Positions 1-8,190 of a stretch of 64,000 nucleotides of DNA are shown here, piece after piece. Made by a program: the position numbers and the translations under genes. The notes under the pieces were generated by a model. That model had not been told where the DNA came from. It was given only the letters and a program-made list of their open reading frames with translations, and did not search any database. Within the stretch, counting starts at the first letter, position 1. Every line of letters starts with the position of its first letter. The DNA is from Oscillospiraceae bacterium (GTDB taxonomy: Bacteria > Bacillota > Clostridia > Oscillospirales > Ruminococcaceae): contig CAAGEB010000007.1 in NCBI GenBank assembly GCA_900768705.1, positions 3,164 through 67,163 of the forward strand, written 5' to 3'.

Positions 1-851
1 CCTCGGTGTCAAATATTGCGGCGGATATTCTTTTTGTAAAGGTTTTCGGAATGGGAGTTCCGGGGGTTGCTTGGGCGACCTTTATATGTCAGGGAATAAG
101 CTGTGTTCTGGCGGTTATGTTTGTGATAAAGCGGCTTCACGAAATTAAAACCGATGAGAAAACCGTGTTTTTTTCTTTGAGCATACTGGGTCAGATTTCG
201 CAGATTGCCATACCAAGCATACTTCAGCAAAGCTTTATTTCCGTGGGAAATATTGTGATTCAGAGCATAATAAATTCCTTTGGTTCGGGAGTTATTGCGG
301 GGTATTCCTCGGCGGTGAAGCTGAATAATCTGGCGATTACCTCCCTTACCACCATCGGCAACGGCATTTCCAACTTTACCTCCCAGAACATCGGAGCGGG
401 AAAGCAGGACAGAATAAAGCCCGGGTTCAAAGCCGGGCTGAAAATGGTATGGCTTATCTGTCTGCCGCTGGTGCTGCTGTATCTTTTTGCGGGAAGATAT
501 CTTGTGTATTTTTTCATGGACGAGCCATCGGAACAGGCATTGGAAACAGGCGTTCGGTTTTTGCGTATAGTATCGCCATTCTATTTTGTGATAGCCGCAA
601 AGCTGGTTGCGGACGGTGTTCTGCGGGGAGCGGGGGCAATGGGTAAATTTATGGCAGCCACCTTTACGGATCTGGTGCTGAGAGTGGTTCTTGCCTATGT
701 GCTTTCCGGAATACTGGGATCGGTGGGAATATGGCTTGCGTGGCCCTTTGGCTGGACGATTGCAATGGTGCTTTCGGTTATTTTTTATCGTACCGTCAGC
801 CGGAACAAGGCTCCGGTCAGTCGGGACAGCCGGGAAAATCAACGGCAATGA
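1..851 (+). CDS. MATE-family efflux transporter, C-terminal ~280 aa (5' end outside the window)
   Basis: The frame is open to the window edge. It is a polytopic hydrophobic protein with the second-lobe pattern of MATE/NorM exporters (IPSILQQSFISVGNIVIQS, AAKLVADGVLRGAGAM). Confidence 0.7.
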   Translation, partial: SVSNIAADILFVKVFGMGVPGVAWATFICQGISCVLAVMFVIKRLHEIKTDEKTVFFSLSILGQISQIAIPSILQQSFISVGNIVIQSIINSFGSGVIAGYSSAVKLNNLAITSLTTIGNGISNFTSQNIGAGKQDRIKPGFKAGLKMVWLICLPLVLLYLFAGRYLVYFFMDEPSEQALETGVRFLRIVSPFYFVIAAKLVADGVLRGAGAMGKFMAATFTDLVLRVVLAYVLSGILGSVGIWLAWPFGWTIAMVLSVIFYRTVSRNKAPVSRDSRENQRQ

Positions 852-1227
852 TGTCGTCTATGGGAATACGGCTTTTGTCCCGCATTATAATTACCCGTTC
901 AAATCGGTCTATTTCCCTGACGGAACAGTTTTTTGTTATATATTCTCCGCCTTTTTTGGATTTATCAGGGAGAAAATAGGTTATGGACGCCTCTCCGGGC
1001 TTGTCGCAAAGCAGTTTCAGCTTGCGGTCAAGCCCGGCTTTTTCGTCTTCGGAAAGTTCGATTCTGTCGCAGGTAAGACGGGCGGTTTCCCGTATTGCGT
1101 CCTCATATCCCGAAAGAGCCGCAAAGGAAGAAAACTGTGCGGCACGGTTCAGCCGTGTCATTCTGCCTCGGCGGGGAAATTCCGGTCGGGGCAGGTTGAT
1201 TATATCGTCATAATTATCTTCGTACAT
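817..1227 (-). CDS. YolD-like protein (small partner of a Y-family polymerase)
   Basis: 136-aa ORF with AAGGAG 7 nt upstream, starting 11 nt after the polymerase stop. Size and position match the YolD-type partners of the uvrX-yolD / yqjW-yqzH arrangement. Its 3' end overlaps the convergent MATE gene by 35 nt. Confidence 0.55.
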   Translation of the reverse strand: MYEDNYDDIINLPRPEFPRRGRMTRLNRAAQFSSFAALSGYEDAIRETARLTCDRIELSEDEKAGLDRKLKLLCDKPGEASITYFLPDKSKKGGEYITKNCSVREIDRFERVIIMRDKSRIPIDDIIAVDFPGCPD

Positions 1228-1237
1228 AATTGCTCCT

Positions 1238-2725
1238 TTATGCCCGATGACCGCCTATCTGTCCGTTTCTTTGTATGGCGGTTGCGCCCTCCTCCAGATT
1301 CATACCTCTGATAAGAGCGTTTTTCCCGAAACGGCGGCGTATTTTCAGAACCGCCCTCATCATATTCTTTTCACGGATTTCTTTTTCATCGGGTTGATTT
1401 TCCGCCTCTCCGAAAAGAGTGGGCTGAAGTGAGGCTTCTTCTATGACTGCGCTGTCGGGAATAACATCATTGGCGGTGATATTTATTTTTCGTATCAGGA
1501 GCTGTTTGTCGGCAATGCGTCGGAACAGCTCATCGGCGGTATCCGATATAATTCGTTCCGAAGAGGTGTGCCTGCCGATATTCTCCGAACCGTGGGCGCT
1601 TTTCGGAACGGCTCTGCCGTACATATCGGCGGTGATTTCCCCGTGATAATACTGACGGAGGCTGGGGTCTGCAAGGCTTTCTGCGTCATATCCGATATGA
1701 AGTACAAGCTGATTTGTGTTTAAGCCCTTGTCCGCCAGCTCCAGAGCCAGCATATCCGACATTTCACGGACAATAAGCCGTGCTTTTTCGTAATTATACG
1801 GCTGTTGGAGAACCTGTCCGCTGCTTATGCTGTTGGAGGAGGGCTTGTAGGCTTTTATGTCCGCAATGGTGCAGGGTTCGCAGCCCCAGGCGTGGTCAAT
1901 CAGCAGCTCCGCATTAACTCCGAAAAGCCTGTACAGCTTATCGGAACAGGTGAGGGAATACCGTGCAATATCTCCCATTGTGAACAAACCTATGGATTCC
2001 AGTTTTTTCGCATAGCCTCTGCCCAGTCTCCAGAAATCGGTGAGCGGCTGATGCTTCCACAGAAGTTCCCGATAGGATTTTTCGTCCAGCTGAGCAATGC
2101 GTACTCCGTCCTTGTCGGCGGGAATATGCTTTGCCACAATATCCATAGCCACCTTGCACAGGTAGAGATTTGTTCCTATTCCGGCAGTGGCGGTAATCCC
2201 CGTGCTGCGGAGAACATCGCGGATTATTGTGACGGCAAGCTCCCTCGGGGTTTGTTTGTAAGCGGCAAGATAATTTGTTACATCAATAAAAACCTCGTCT
2301 ATGGAATATACATGAATATCCTCGGGTGCGGCGTATTTGAGATAAATACCGAAAATCCGTGTGCTGTATTCCATATAGAGAGCCATACGGGGCGGGGCGA
2401 TGATGTAGGAAAGGGCAAGAGCGGGGTTTGCTTTAAGCTCCGCTCCCGAAAAGGCTTTTCCCGTGAGGTTTTGTCCCGGAGCGAATATACGCCGTTCTTC
2501 GTTCACATCGCCTACCTTCTGAACCACCTCAAACAGCCGGGGACGACCGGGAATACCGAAGCTTTTCAGCGACGGGGAAACCGCCAGACAGATTGTTTTG
2601 TCCGTGCGTGATTCGTCTGCCACCACCAGATTGGCGTCCAGCGGATCCAGATTCCGCTCAACGCACTCCACGGAAGCATAGAAGCTTTTCAGATCGATTG
2701 CAATGTAGGTGCGGTTTTCTTCCAT
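1238..2725 (-). CDS. Y-family (UmuC/DinB/UvrX-like) translesion DNA polymerase
   Basis: N-terminal IAIDLKSFYASVECVERNLDP catalytic motif and a ~500-aa length. The ORF opens at 2776, but a TTGACT-17-TATAAT promoter covers those codons. The start is therefore taken as ATG 2725 (GGAG 9 nt upstream); 2734 is an alternative. Confidence 0.85.
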   Translation of the reverse strand: MEENRTYIAIDLKSFYASVECVERNLDPLDANLVVADESRTDKTICLAVSPSLKSFGIPGRPRLFEVVQKVGDVNEERRIFAPGQNLTGKAFSGAELKANPALALSYIIAPPRMALYMEYSTRIFGIYLKYAAPEDIHVYSIDEVFIDVTNYLAAYKQTPRELAVTIIRDVLRSTGITATAGIGTNLYLCKVAMDIVAKHIPADKDGVRIAQLDEKSYRELLWKHQPLTDFWRLGRGYAKKLESIGLFTMGDIARYSLTCSDKLYRLFGVNAELLIDHAWGCEPCTIADIKAYKPSSNSISSGQVLQQPYNYEKARLIVREMSDMLALELADKGLNTNQLVLHIGYDAESLADPSLRQYYHGEITADMYGRAVPKSAHGSENIGRHTSSERIISDTADELFRRIADKQLLIRKINITANDVIPDSAVIEEASLQPTLFGEAENQPDEKEIREKNMMRAVLKIRRRFGKNALIRGMNLEEGATAIQRNGQIGGHRA

Positions 2726-2758
2726 TCCGGTCATCTCCTGTTCATATTTTCTTGTTTT

Positions 2759-2787
2759 ATTATAACACATGAACATTTAAAAGTCAA
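2759..2787 (-). promoter_or_regulatory. sigma-A type promoter of the polymerase/YolD operon
   Basis: On the minus strand: TTGACT (2787-2782), 17-nt spacer, TATAAT (2764-2759). Confidence 0.6.
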
Positions 2788-2833
2788 TAGAAAATTCATT
2801 ATTTTTCATACAGATGAAATTTTTAAAAATGTA

Positions 2834-2862
2834 TTGACAAAAATTACGGAGAGTGGTATAAT
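2834..2862 (+). promoter_or_regulatory. consensus sigma-A promoter of the SPFH operon
   Basis: TTGACA (2834-2839), exactly 17 nt, TATAAT (2857-2862). Confidence 0.7.
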
Positions 2863-2870
2863 ATGTTCAA

Positions 2871-2887
2871 GATATCAAATTGATATC
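2871..2887. promoter_or_regulatory. perfect 17-bp palindrome, candidate operator
   Basis: GATATCAA-A-TTGATATC, 9 nt downstream of the -10 hexamer. Confidence 0.5.
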
Positions 2888-2937
2888 ATTTATACAAAGC
2901 TTTTCAGCAGATGAATTCATAATGAAGAGGTATTCTT

Positions 2938-3867
2938 ATGAGCAGTGTTCAGGCAGAAAAAGAGGCATACAACTATAATTACGAGGAAAAGATAATGAAG
3001 GCACCGAGTGGCTGGGCGGTGCTGTTCCTGACCGTGCTGCTGTATCTTGCGGCACTGGGTATGACAATATGGGGCGGATGTATAGCAGACAGCGGCTATG
3101 ACGGCGGATTCGGCGGGTTTATACTGGTTGTGGGAATAGTATGGCTGGCAATCGGCTGGTTTCCTTTTGTGGGACTGCGTGTAATCCGACCCAATGAAGC
3201 GGTGGTATTTACGCTTTTCGGAAAATATACAGGCTCTATAAAGGACGAGGGATTTTTCTTTGTAAATCCTTTCTCCGGTGCAAAAAGGCTTTCCCTAAAA
3301 ACTCTCACCCATAACAACGAGCGTCAGAAAATAAACGACCTTTCCGGTAATCCCATCGAGGTGGGAATTGTGGTAACATGGCGTGTTTCCAATACCGCAA
3401 AGGCGGTGTTCAATGTGGATAACTACTATTCCTTCCTTTCCACTCAGGCGGATTCCACATTGCGTGATGTGGCAAGGTGCTATCCCTACGACAGCACCGA
3501 TTCCGATGAGAAAACACTGCGGGGTTCATCAATGGAGGTCTGCGAAAAGCTGAAGGAAATGCTTCAGCAGAGAGTGGAAACCGCAGGTCTGGAAATTCTC
3601 GAAGCCAGAATTACCCACCTTGCATACGCTCCCGAAATCGCTGCGGCAATGCTCCAGCGTCAGCAGGCAACCGCAATTATCGAAGCCCGCCAGAAGATAG
3701 TTGACGGAGCAGTGGGAATGGTGGAAATGGCATTGAACAAGCTCTCCGAGAGCAATGTGGTAGAGCTTGACGACGAGCGCAAGGCGCAGATGGTCAGCAA
3801 TCTGCTGGTTGTTCTCTGCGGCAACAAGGACGCTCAGCCGATAGTAAACAGCGGGTCAATCTATTAA
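2938..3867 (+). CDS. SPFH/Band-7 (stomatin/prohibitin-like) membrane protein
   Basis: Two N-terminal TM helices, then [22 protein letters not shown] and a coiled C-terminal half with the [13 protein letters not shown] motif typical of SPFH domains. AAGAGG RBS. Confidence 0.85.
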   Translation: MSSVQAEKEAYNYNYEEKIMKAPSGWAVLFLTVLLYLAALGMTIWGGCIADSGYDGGFGGFILVVGIVWLAIGWFPFVGLRVIRPNEAVVFTLFGKYTGSIKDEGFFFVNPFSGAKRLSLKTLTHNNERQKINDLSGNPIEVGIVVTWRVSNTAKAVFNVDNYYSFLSTQADSTLRDVARCYPYDSTDSDEKTLRGSSMEVCEKLKEMLQQRVETAGLEILEARITHLAYAPEIAAAMLQRQQATAIIEARQKIVDGAVGMVEMALNKLSESNVVELDDERKAQMVSNLLVVLCGNKDAQPIVNSGSIY

Positions 3868-3909
3868 TTCCATATCCGAATTTCCGGTAAACGAAAAGGA
3901 GGGCGCACA

Positions 3910-4092
3910 TTGGCAGAACCCAAGGAAGAAAAACAAAGCAAGAAGCAGGTGCCTCTGCGCCTTTCCGCTTCACTTTATGCGGAGCTTATGAAATGGGCGG
4001 AGGATGATTTTCGATCGGTGAACGGTCAGATAGAATACCTGCTCACCGAATGTGTTAAATACCGTAAGAAAAAAGGAGATAAGCAGGAGTAG
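3910..4092 (+). CDS. Arc/MetJ-type ribbon-helix-helix DNA-binding protein
   Basis: 60 aa with a TTG start 7 nt after AAAGGAGGG. The [32 protein letters not shown] segment fits a beta-strand plus two helices, as in RHH repressors. Confidence 0.65.
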   Translation: MAEPKEEKQSKKQVPLRLSASLYAELMKWAEDDFRSVNGQIEYLLTECVKYRKKKGDKQE

Positions 4093-4096
4093 CGAT

Positions 4097-4456
4097 ATGA
4101 AAATATTTACGCTTGTTTCGGCACTGTTAATCCCGATTGTAATGATTGTTTCGGGTGGTATTTTTTGGAAAACCCCTCCTGCTCCCAATGGCTTTGCGGG
4201 ATACCGCACAAGGCGTTCGCAAAGCTCGGAAAAGGTATGGTATGCGGCGCAGAGTATCTGGGGCAAAATCTCGCTTTTTACAAACATTCCGCAGCTGGTT
4301 ATATCCGCCGTTGCAATGGTATTGTGTATGAGAAGCGGTATGAGCGACGACGGTCTGGCAGATGTGATGATAACTCTTATTGTTGTGCAGACTATCGTTA
4401 TTTTTGCGGATATCGCCGTTACGGAAAACAAGCTTAGGAGCATTACGGGGAAGTGA
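4097..4456 (+). CDS. SdpI/YhfL-family membrane protein
   Basis: Four TM segments and the family motif GYRTRRSQSSEKVWYAAQ. ATG at 4097 lies 5 nt after the RHH stop; the ORF-track start at 4052 lacks an RBS. Confidence 0.7.
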   Translation: MKIFTLVSALLIPIVMIVSGGIFWKTPPAPNGFAGYRTRRSQSSEKVWYAAQSIWGKISLFTNIPQLVISAVAMVLCMRSGMSDDGLADVMITLIVVQTIVIFADIAVTENKLRSITGK

Positions 4457-4531
4457 ATATCCCCAATGGTGCATATTCCAAAAGTCATGGAAATGTTTGC
4501 TGAAAAACCGTCAAATTGAATACTGATGCAT

Positions 4532-4567
4532 GAGCCATGAGCAAAAAGCTTGCGGCTCTTTTTTTTT
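4532..4567 (+). terminator. intrinsic terminator after the SdpI-like gene
   Basis: Imperfect GAGCC..GGCTC hairpin followed by a 9-T run (4559-4567). Confidence 0.6.
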
Positions 4568-4570
4568 ACC

Positions 4571-4599
4571 TTGACAAAAATAGGTAGAAATGATATAAT
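4571..4599 (+). promoter_or_regulatory. consensus sigma-A promoter
   Basis: TTGACA (4571-4576), 17 nt, TATAAT (4594-4599). Confidence 0.65.
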
Positions 4600-4696
4600 A
4601 AAACAGATTGTTATATGAAAAATAAACGCTGCGGTTGGTGTTTTCCAACAAATTTCTGTTTCGTTTGAAAATTGTTGAGTATGTTGAGGTGGGGTA

Positions 4697-6085
4697 ATGA
4701 ATAAAGGAAAAACGAAGAATAGGAATGCGGATTCATCTAAAATTTTGAAGCTTCTCGATTTTATCTGTTCAGAAAAATTCTTTTATTATTTCATAGTATC
4801 GGCTATGCTTGCAATGCCGCTTTTCGAGATTATCACGGAAATAGTGGGACAACCGTTTATATCGCAGTCGATAATACTCCAAAATTACGGAATTCTGGGA
4901 TTTTTCGCTGTGCTTACAAGCCTGTTGTATAAGCGATCGGAAAAAAAGTTTTATCTGTCCGATGTGTTTTTCATTCTTTTGACGGTTTTTGCGGCAATAT
5001 CCCTGATATGTTCCAAGGATTTTGTCAATTCTGCGTTCGGATTCGATTATGATGAACTTCCCGCACATTTTTTGGCGTACTTCTCGCTTATGTTTGCGGG
5101 AACTATGATAAACGAAGACAGGCTCAGGAAAAATGTCTTGTACACATTTTGCATTACAGGAACTGTTCAGGGAATTGTCGCATTGTTCCAGACATTCGGA
5201 TTGAGAATTGCCGACTGCTATTACGACCCCAAATGGCACAGAGAATGTAATCTTTCCTTCGGACTTACGCAGCACAACAACTGGTTTGCGGGCTTGAGTA
5301 CGATTTTTGTTGCCGCTGCGATAGGTTTGTTTGTTTTTTCCTCAAAAAAGAAAAAGATATCCTATGCCTATCTTGCTTTGGCGGCAATGTCCATATATGT
5401 TTCGTTCTGCACCGGAGCTCGGATTGCGTGGGTTGGAAACGCTACGGTAATTCTTTTTTACATTGTTTCACTCATTGTAATGAAGGTGAAATACTCAAAA
5501 AATCCCGATATCAAATCGTACATACTTTCTTTCTTGGTAATTATTGCCGTTTATACAGCGGTTATAGCTTTAATCGCTTTTACGAGAGATACATTTACCA
5601 GCGGAATAGATGAATTTATTCACGAAAGCACGGCGGGGATGGACGCCATTGCCACTAACCGAGGATATATATGGAGATTTGGTTTGGAGTCGGTTCCCGA
5701 AAACTGGCTTACGGGAGTTGGTCTGGACAATTACATATATGTATTTACCGGCAATCCCGAATGGTCAGAGGGAATGTTCGCTCAGGCAAAGGGACATAAC
5801 GAGTATCTTCACACTCTTGTAACACAGGGCGTTTTCGCTGTGATAAACTATATTCTCCTGCTTGTATATTCGTTTGTCACCGGAGTGAAAAATGTCATCA
5901 AAACCACTGACGATAATAAACGCACAATTACTTGGATTTTCCTCGGTATGTTTATCGGATATGCCGCTCAAGCGTTTTTCAACAGCAGTGTGATCAATGT
6001 GGCAATGTATTTCTGGATTATCGTTGGTATGACAATGCCCAAAGCGTCGCAAAAGCCTTTAAAGCTGTTTCGCAGATCAAAGTGA
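4697..6085 (+). CDS. O-antigen ligase / Wzy-like polytopic membrane protein
   Basis: About 10-12 TM helices and a large loop with GxGLDNY..GHNEYLHTLVTQG, the signature region of the O-antigen ligase (Wzy_C) family. Confidence 0.7.
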   Translation: MNKGKTKNRNADSSKILKLLDFICSEKFFYYFIVSAMLAMPLFEIITEIVGQPFISQSIILQNYGILGFFAVLTSLLYKRSEKKFYLSDVFFILLTVFAAISLICSKDFVNSAFGFDYDELPAHFLAYFSLMFAGTMINEDRLRKNVLYTFCITGTVQGIVALFQTFGLRIADCYYDPKWHRECNLSFGLTQHNNWFAGLSTIFVAAAIGLFVFSSKKKKISYAYLALAAMSIYVSFCTGARIAWVGNATVILFYIVSLIVMKVKYSKNPDIKSYILSFLVIIAVYTAVIALIAFTRDTFTSGIDEFIHESTAGMDAIATNRGYIWRFGLESVPENWLTGVGLDNYIYVFTGNPEWSEGMFAQAKGHNEYLHTLVTQGVFAVINYILLLVYSFVTGVKNVIKTTDDNKRTITWIFLGMFIGYAAQAFFNSSVINVAMYFWIIVGMTMPKASQKPLKLFRRSK

Positions 6086-6172
6086 ATAAACCGCTATTGC
6101 AAGGGCGTTGGAATAGAACAATCTTATACTTTACAGGCAATGGCTTTTCTTTTTTGTAAACAACAGGGTTTA

Positions 6173-7744
6173 TTATTGCTTATCATTATAAACTTCCCTC
6201 ATAACCCGCTTTTGCAGGCACAGCACCGCAATCAGGTTGGGAATTGCCATAAGCCCGTTCAGCATATCCGATATTCCCCATGCAAAGGACATATTCACCG
6301 CCGCCCCTATTACCGAAAAGGCAATAAACACTATGCAAAAGGGTTTTCGGATTTTCTCCCCTGCCAGAAACACCCCCGCTTCACTGCCGAAATACGACCA
6401 GCCGATAACGGTACTGAAAGCAAACATCGCCACCAGCACCGACAAAATCGCCTCGGCAGGCTTTCCGAAAACCGAACCGAACGCCATTGCCGCCAGACCA
6501 ACCCCGGACAGCGGCTCTATTTCCGCGGAAATAATATGCCCGTCCTCGTACTGCCCCTTTATGCACATAATGTTGGAATAGGTGGACAAGCCTTCGGTGG
6601 ATACCGTCAGTTCATCGCCGTAAATACTTGTGCAGTGAATTTCTTCGGGCAGAATATTTCCATCGGTAATTATCGAGCCGCTGTCGGTTAATCTGAAATA
6701 CTGCGCTTCGCCGCTTACGGAAATAAGAGCTTCATTTGCAGAGGGCAGACCGCAGGGGCTTGTCAGCAGCACCAGTGCGGTAAGGGTACACATTACAATG
6801 GTATCGAAAAAAATCTCGAAAATACTCCACATTCCCGCCTGAACGGGATTTTTCACATTTGCGGAGCAGTGGGCAAAAACCGATGTTCCCAATCCCGCTT
6901 CGTTGGAAAAAACTCCCCGCTTAAAGCCCATGGAAACCGCCGTTTTCATCGCACTGCCCAGCAGTCCTCCGCCTATTGCGGAAAATCCGAATGCTCCACT
7001 GAATATTTCCGAAAACACCCGAGGCAGCTCGCCGGAATTTTTAATCAGAATGTACAGCGAGCCAATTATGTAAATCCCCGACATAAGCGGCACCAGCTTT
7101 GCGGTAAAGGAGGAAATGCGTTTAATGCCACCGAAAACAATAAGCGCCGCAATTCCCGAAAGTATTATTCCGGTGATGAGGTTGGGAATGCCGAAGCTGA
7201 TTTTCAGTGCCTCTGCGGCGGAATTCATCTGTGCGGTGTTTCCCATTCCGAAGCCAGCAAGCATACACAATGCGGCAAACATAACCGAAAGCGGCTTTGA
7301 AAGAAATTTCATGCGCTTGTTTTCCGCAAGACCGTCACGGATATAGTACATTGCCCCGCCGTGCCAAGCCCCGTTTTTATCTTTTCTGCGGTACAATATA
7401 CCCAGTACATTTTCCGAAAACCCGGTCATCATACCGAAAAAAGCGGAAATCCACATCCAGAAAACCGCTCCCGCTCCTCCTATTGCAACGGCGGTGGAAA
7501 CCCCCGCAATATTACCTGTTCCGAGGGTTGAAGCCAGAGCCTGACACATTGCACGGAAAGGAGTTATTCCGTTTTTGTCGGATTTGTCGGTTTTGGCAAA
7601 AACAGTGCATCGAAGCACCTTAGGAAATCTGCGGATTTGAAAAAATCCGCTTTTTACGGTAAAAAACAATCCCGTAAAGAGCATAAGCCCCAGCATAGGC
7701 GTTCCCCACACCAGATTGTCGTTTATAAAGGATATTATATCCAA
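6173..7744 (-). CDS. alanine/glycine:cation (AGCS) symporter with an extra ~80-aa loop
   Basis: STLGTGNIAGVSTAVAIGGAGAVFWMW and FAFSTVIGWSYFG signatures. At 523 aa it is longer than usual because of an insert (see findings). Confidence 0.85.
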   Translation of the reverse strand: MDIISFINDNLVWGTPMLGLMLFTGLFFTVKSGFFQIRRFPKVLRCTVFAKTDKSDKNGITPFRAMCQALASTLGTGNIAGVSTAVAIGGAGAVFWMWISAFFGMMTGFSENVLGILYRRKDKNGAWHGGAMYYIRDGLAENKRMKFLSKPLSVMFAALCMLAGFGMGNTAQMNSAAEALKISFGIPNLITGIILSGIAALIVFGGIKRISSFTAKLVPLMSGIYIIGSLYILIKNSGELPRVFSEIFSGAFGFSAIGGGLLGSAMKTAVSMGFKRGVFSNEAGLGTSVFAHCSANVKNPVQAGMWSIFEIFFDTIVMCTLTALVLLTSPCGLPSANEALISVSGEAQYFRLTDSGSIITDGNILPEEIHCTSIYGDELTVSTEGLSTYSNIMCIKGQYEDGHIISAEIEPLSGVGLAAMAFGSVFGKPAEAILSVLVAMFAFSTVIGWSYFGSEAGVFLAGEKIRKPFCIVFIAFSVIGAAVNMSFAWGISDMLNGLMAIPNLIAVLCLQKRVMREVYNDKQ

Positions 7745-7910
7745 ATCCCCACCCCCGATTACAGCTTGTCTTAAATATATTCGGAAGAATTGAGATTTAT
7801 ACCCCAGCGGCAGGGGGATAGGGGGACAGAGAACAATTTCATTACTTTACCGTAAACGCTTATCATATTTCAAGGTTTAGTTGTTAATGCCCGCCCTCTT
7901 CTTATCAAGC

Positions 7911-8090
7911 CTTTTGGGGGAAAACACCGTTTTCCCCCAAGCCCCCTTTAGTTTGTCTCGACGGCTAAAGCCGTCTCAACAAATCGGGGAAAAACTCTTG
8001 TGTTTTCCCCGAACCCTTTTAGCGCTTGCTGTCGCATTGCGGGGGCGCTGCCCCCGCGCCCCCGCTTCCTTTTGGAAGCCAAAAGGAAGC
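7911..8090. repeat. stack of five near-perfect GC-rich hairpins
   Basis: Hairpins at 7914-7940 (12 bp), 7960-7975 (6 bp), 7985-8011 (10 bp including the flanking C-G pair, one bulged A), 8039-8057 with a duplicated right arm at 8058-8065, and 8064-8090 (12 bp). Confidence 0.6.
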
Positions 8091-8113
8091 GAAAAGCCAT
8101 TTCTGGTCTGTGC

Positions 8114-8180
8114 AGACTTATTACCTTACAGCCACAGACTAATCCACATTGCAATGTGCTGTTGGGAATTGTCAGCGGTG
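8114..8180 (+). repeat. dispersed intergenic repeat, copy A (contains both modules)
   Basis: Hand alignment to 32362-32416 and to 52684-52718 (31/35 identical). Confidence 0.7.
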
Positions 8181-8190
8181 TCACGCCGCC

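Noticed and set aside
7745-7900. A glycine riboswitch upstream of the alanine/glycine symporter.
   Set aside because: The minus-strand leader lacks the GGAGAG..CACCG..GGGGCAA / CUCUGGAGAG..ACCGAAGGGGCAA cores.
7948-8184. Minus-strand ORFs crossing the dispersed repeats (7948-8184, 32319-32507, 52584-52793) share peptides such as PLTIPN(S/G)TLQC and TLQCGL..CKVI. I considered a small conserved protein family.
   Set aside because: The similarity is confined to the nucleotide repeat itself. The ORFs have no RBS, start and stop at unrelated positions, and run through perfect hairpins and terminators. A non-coding repeat is the simpler explanation.
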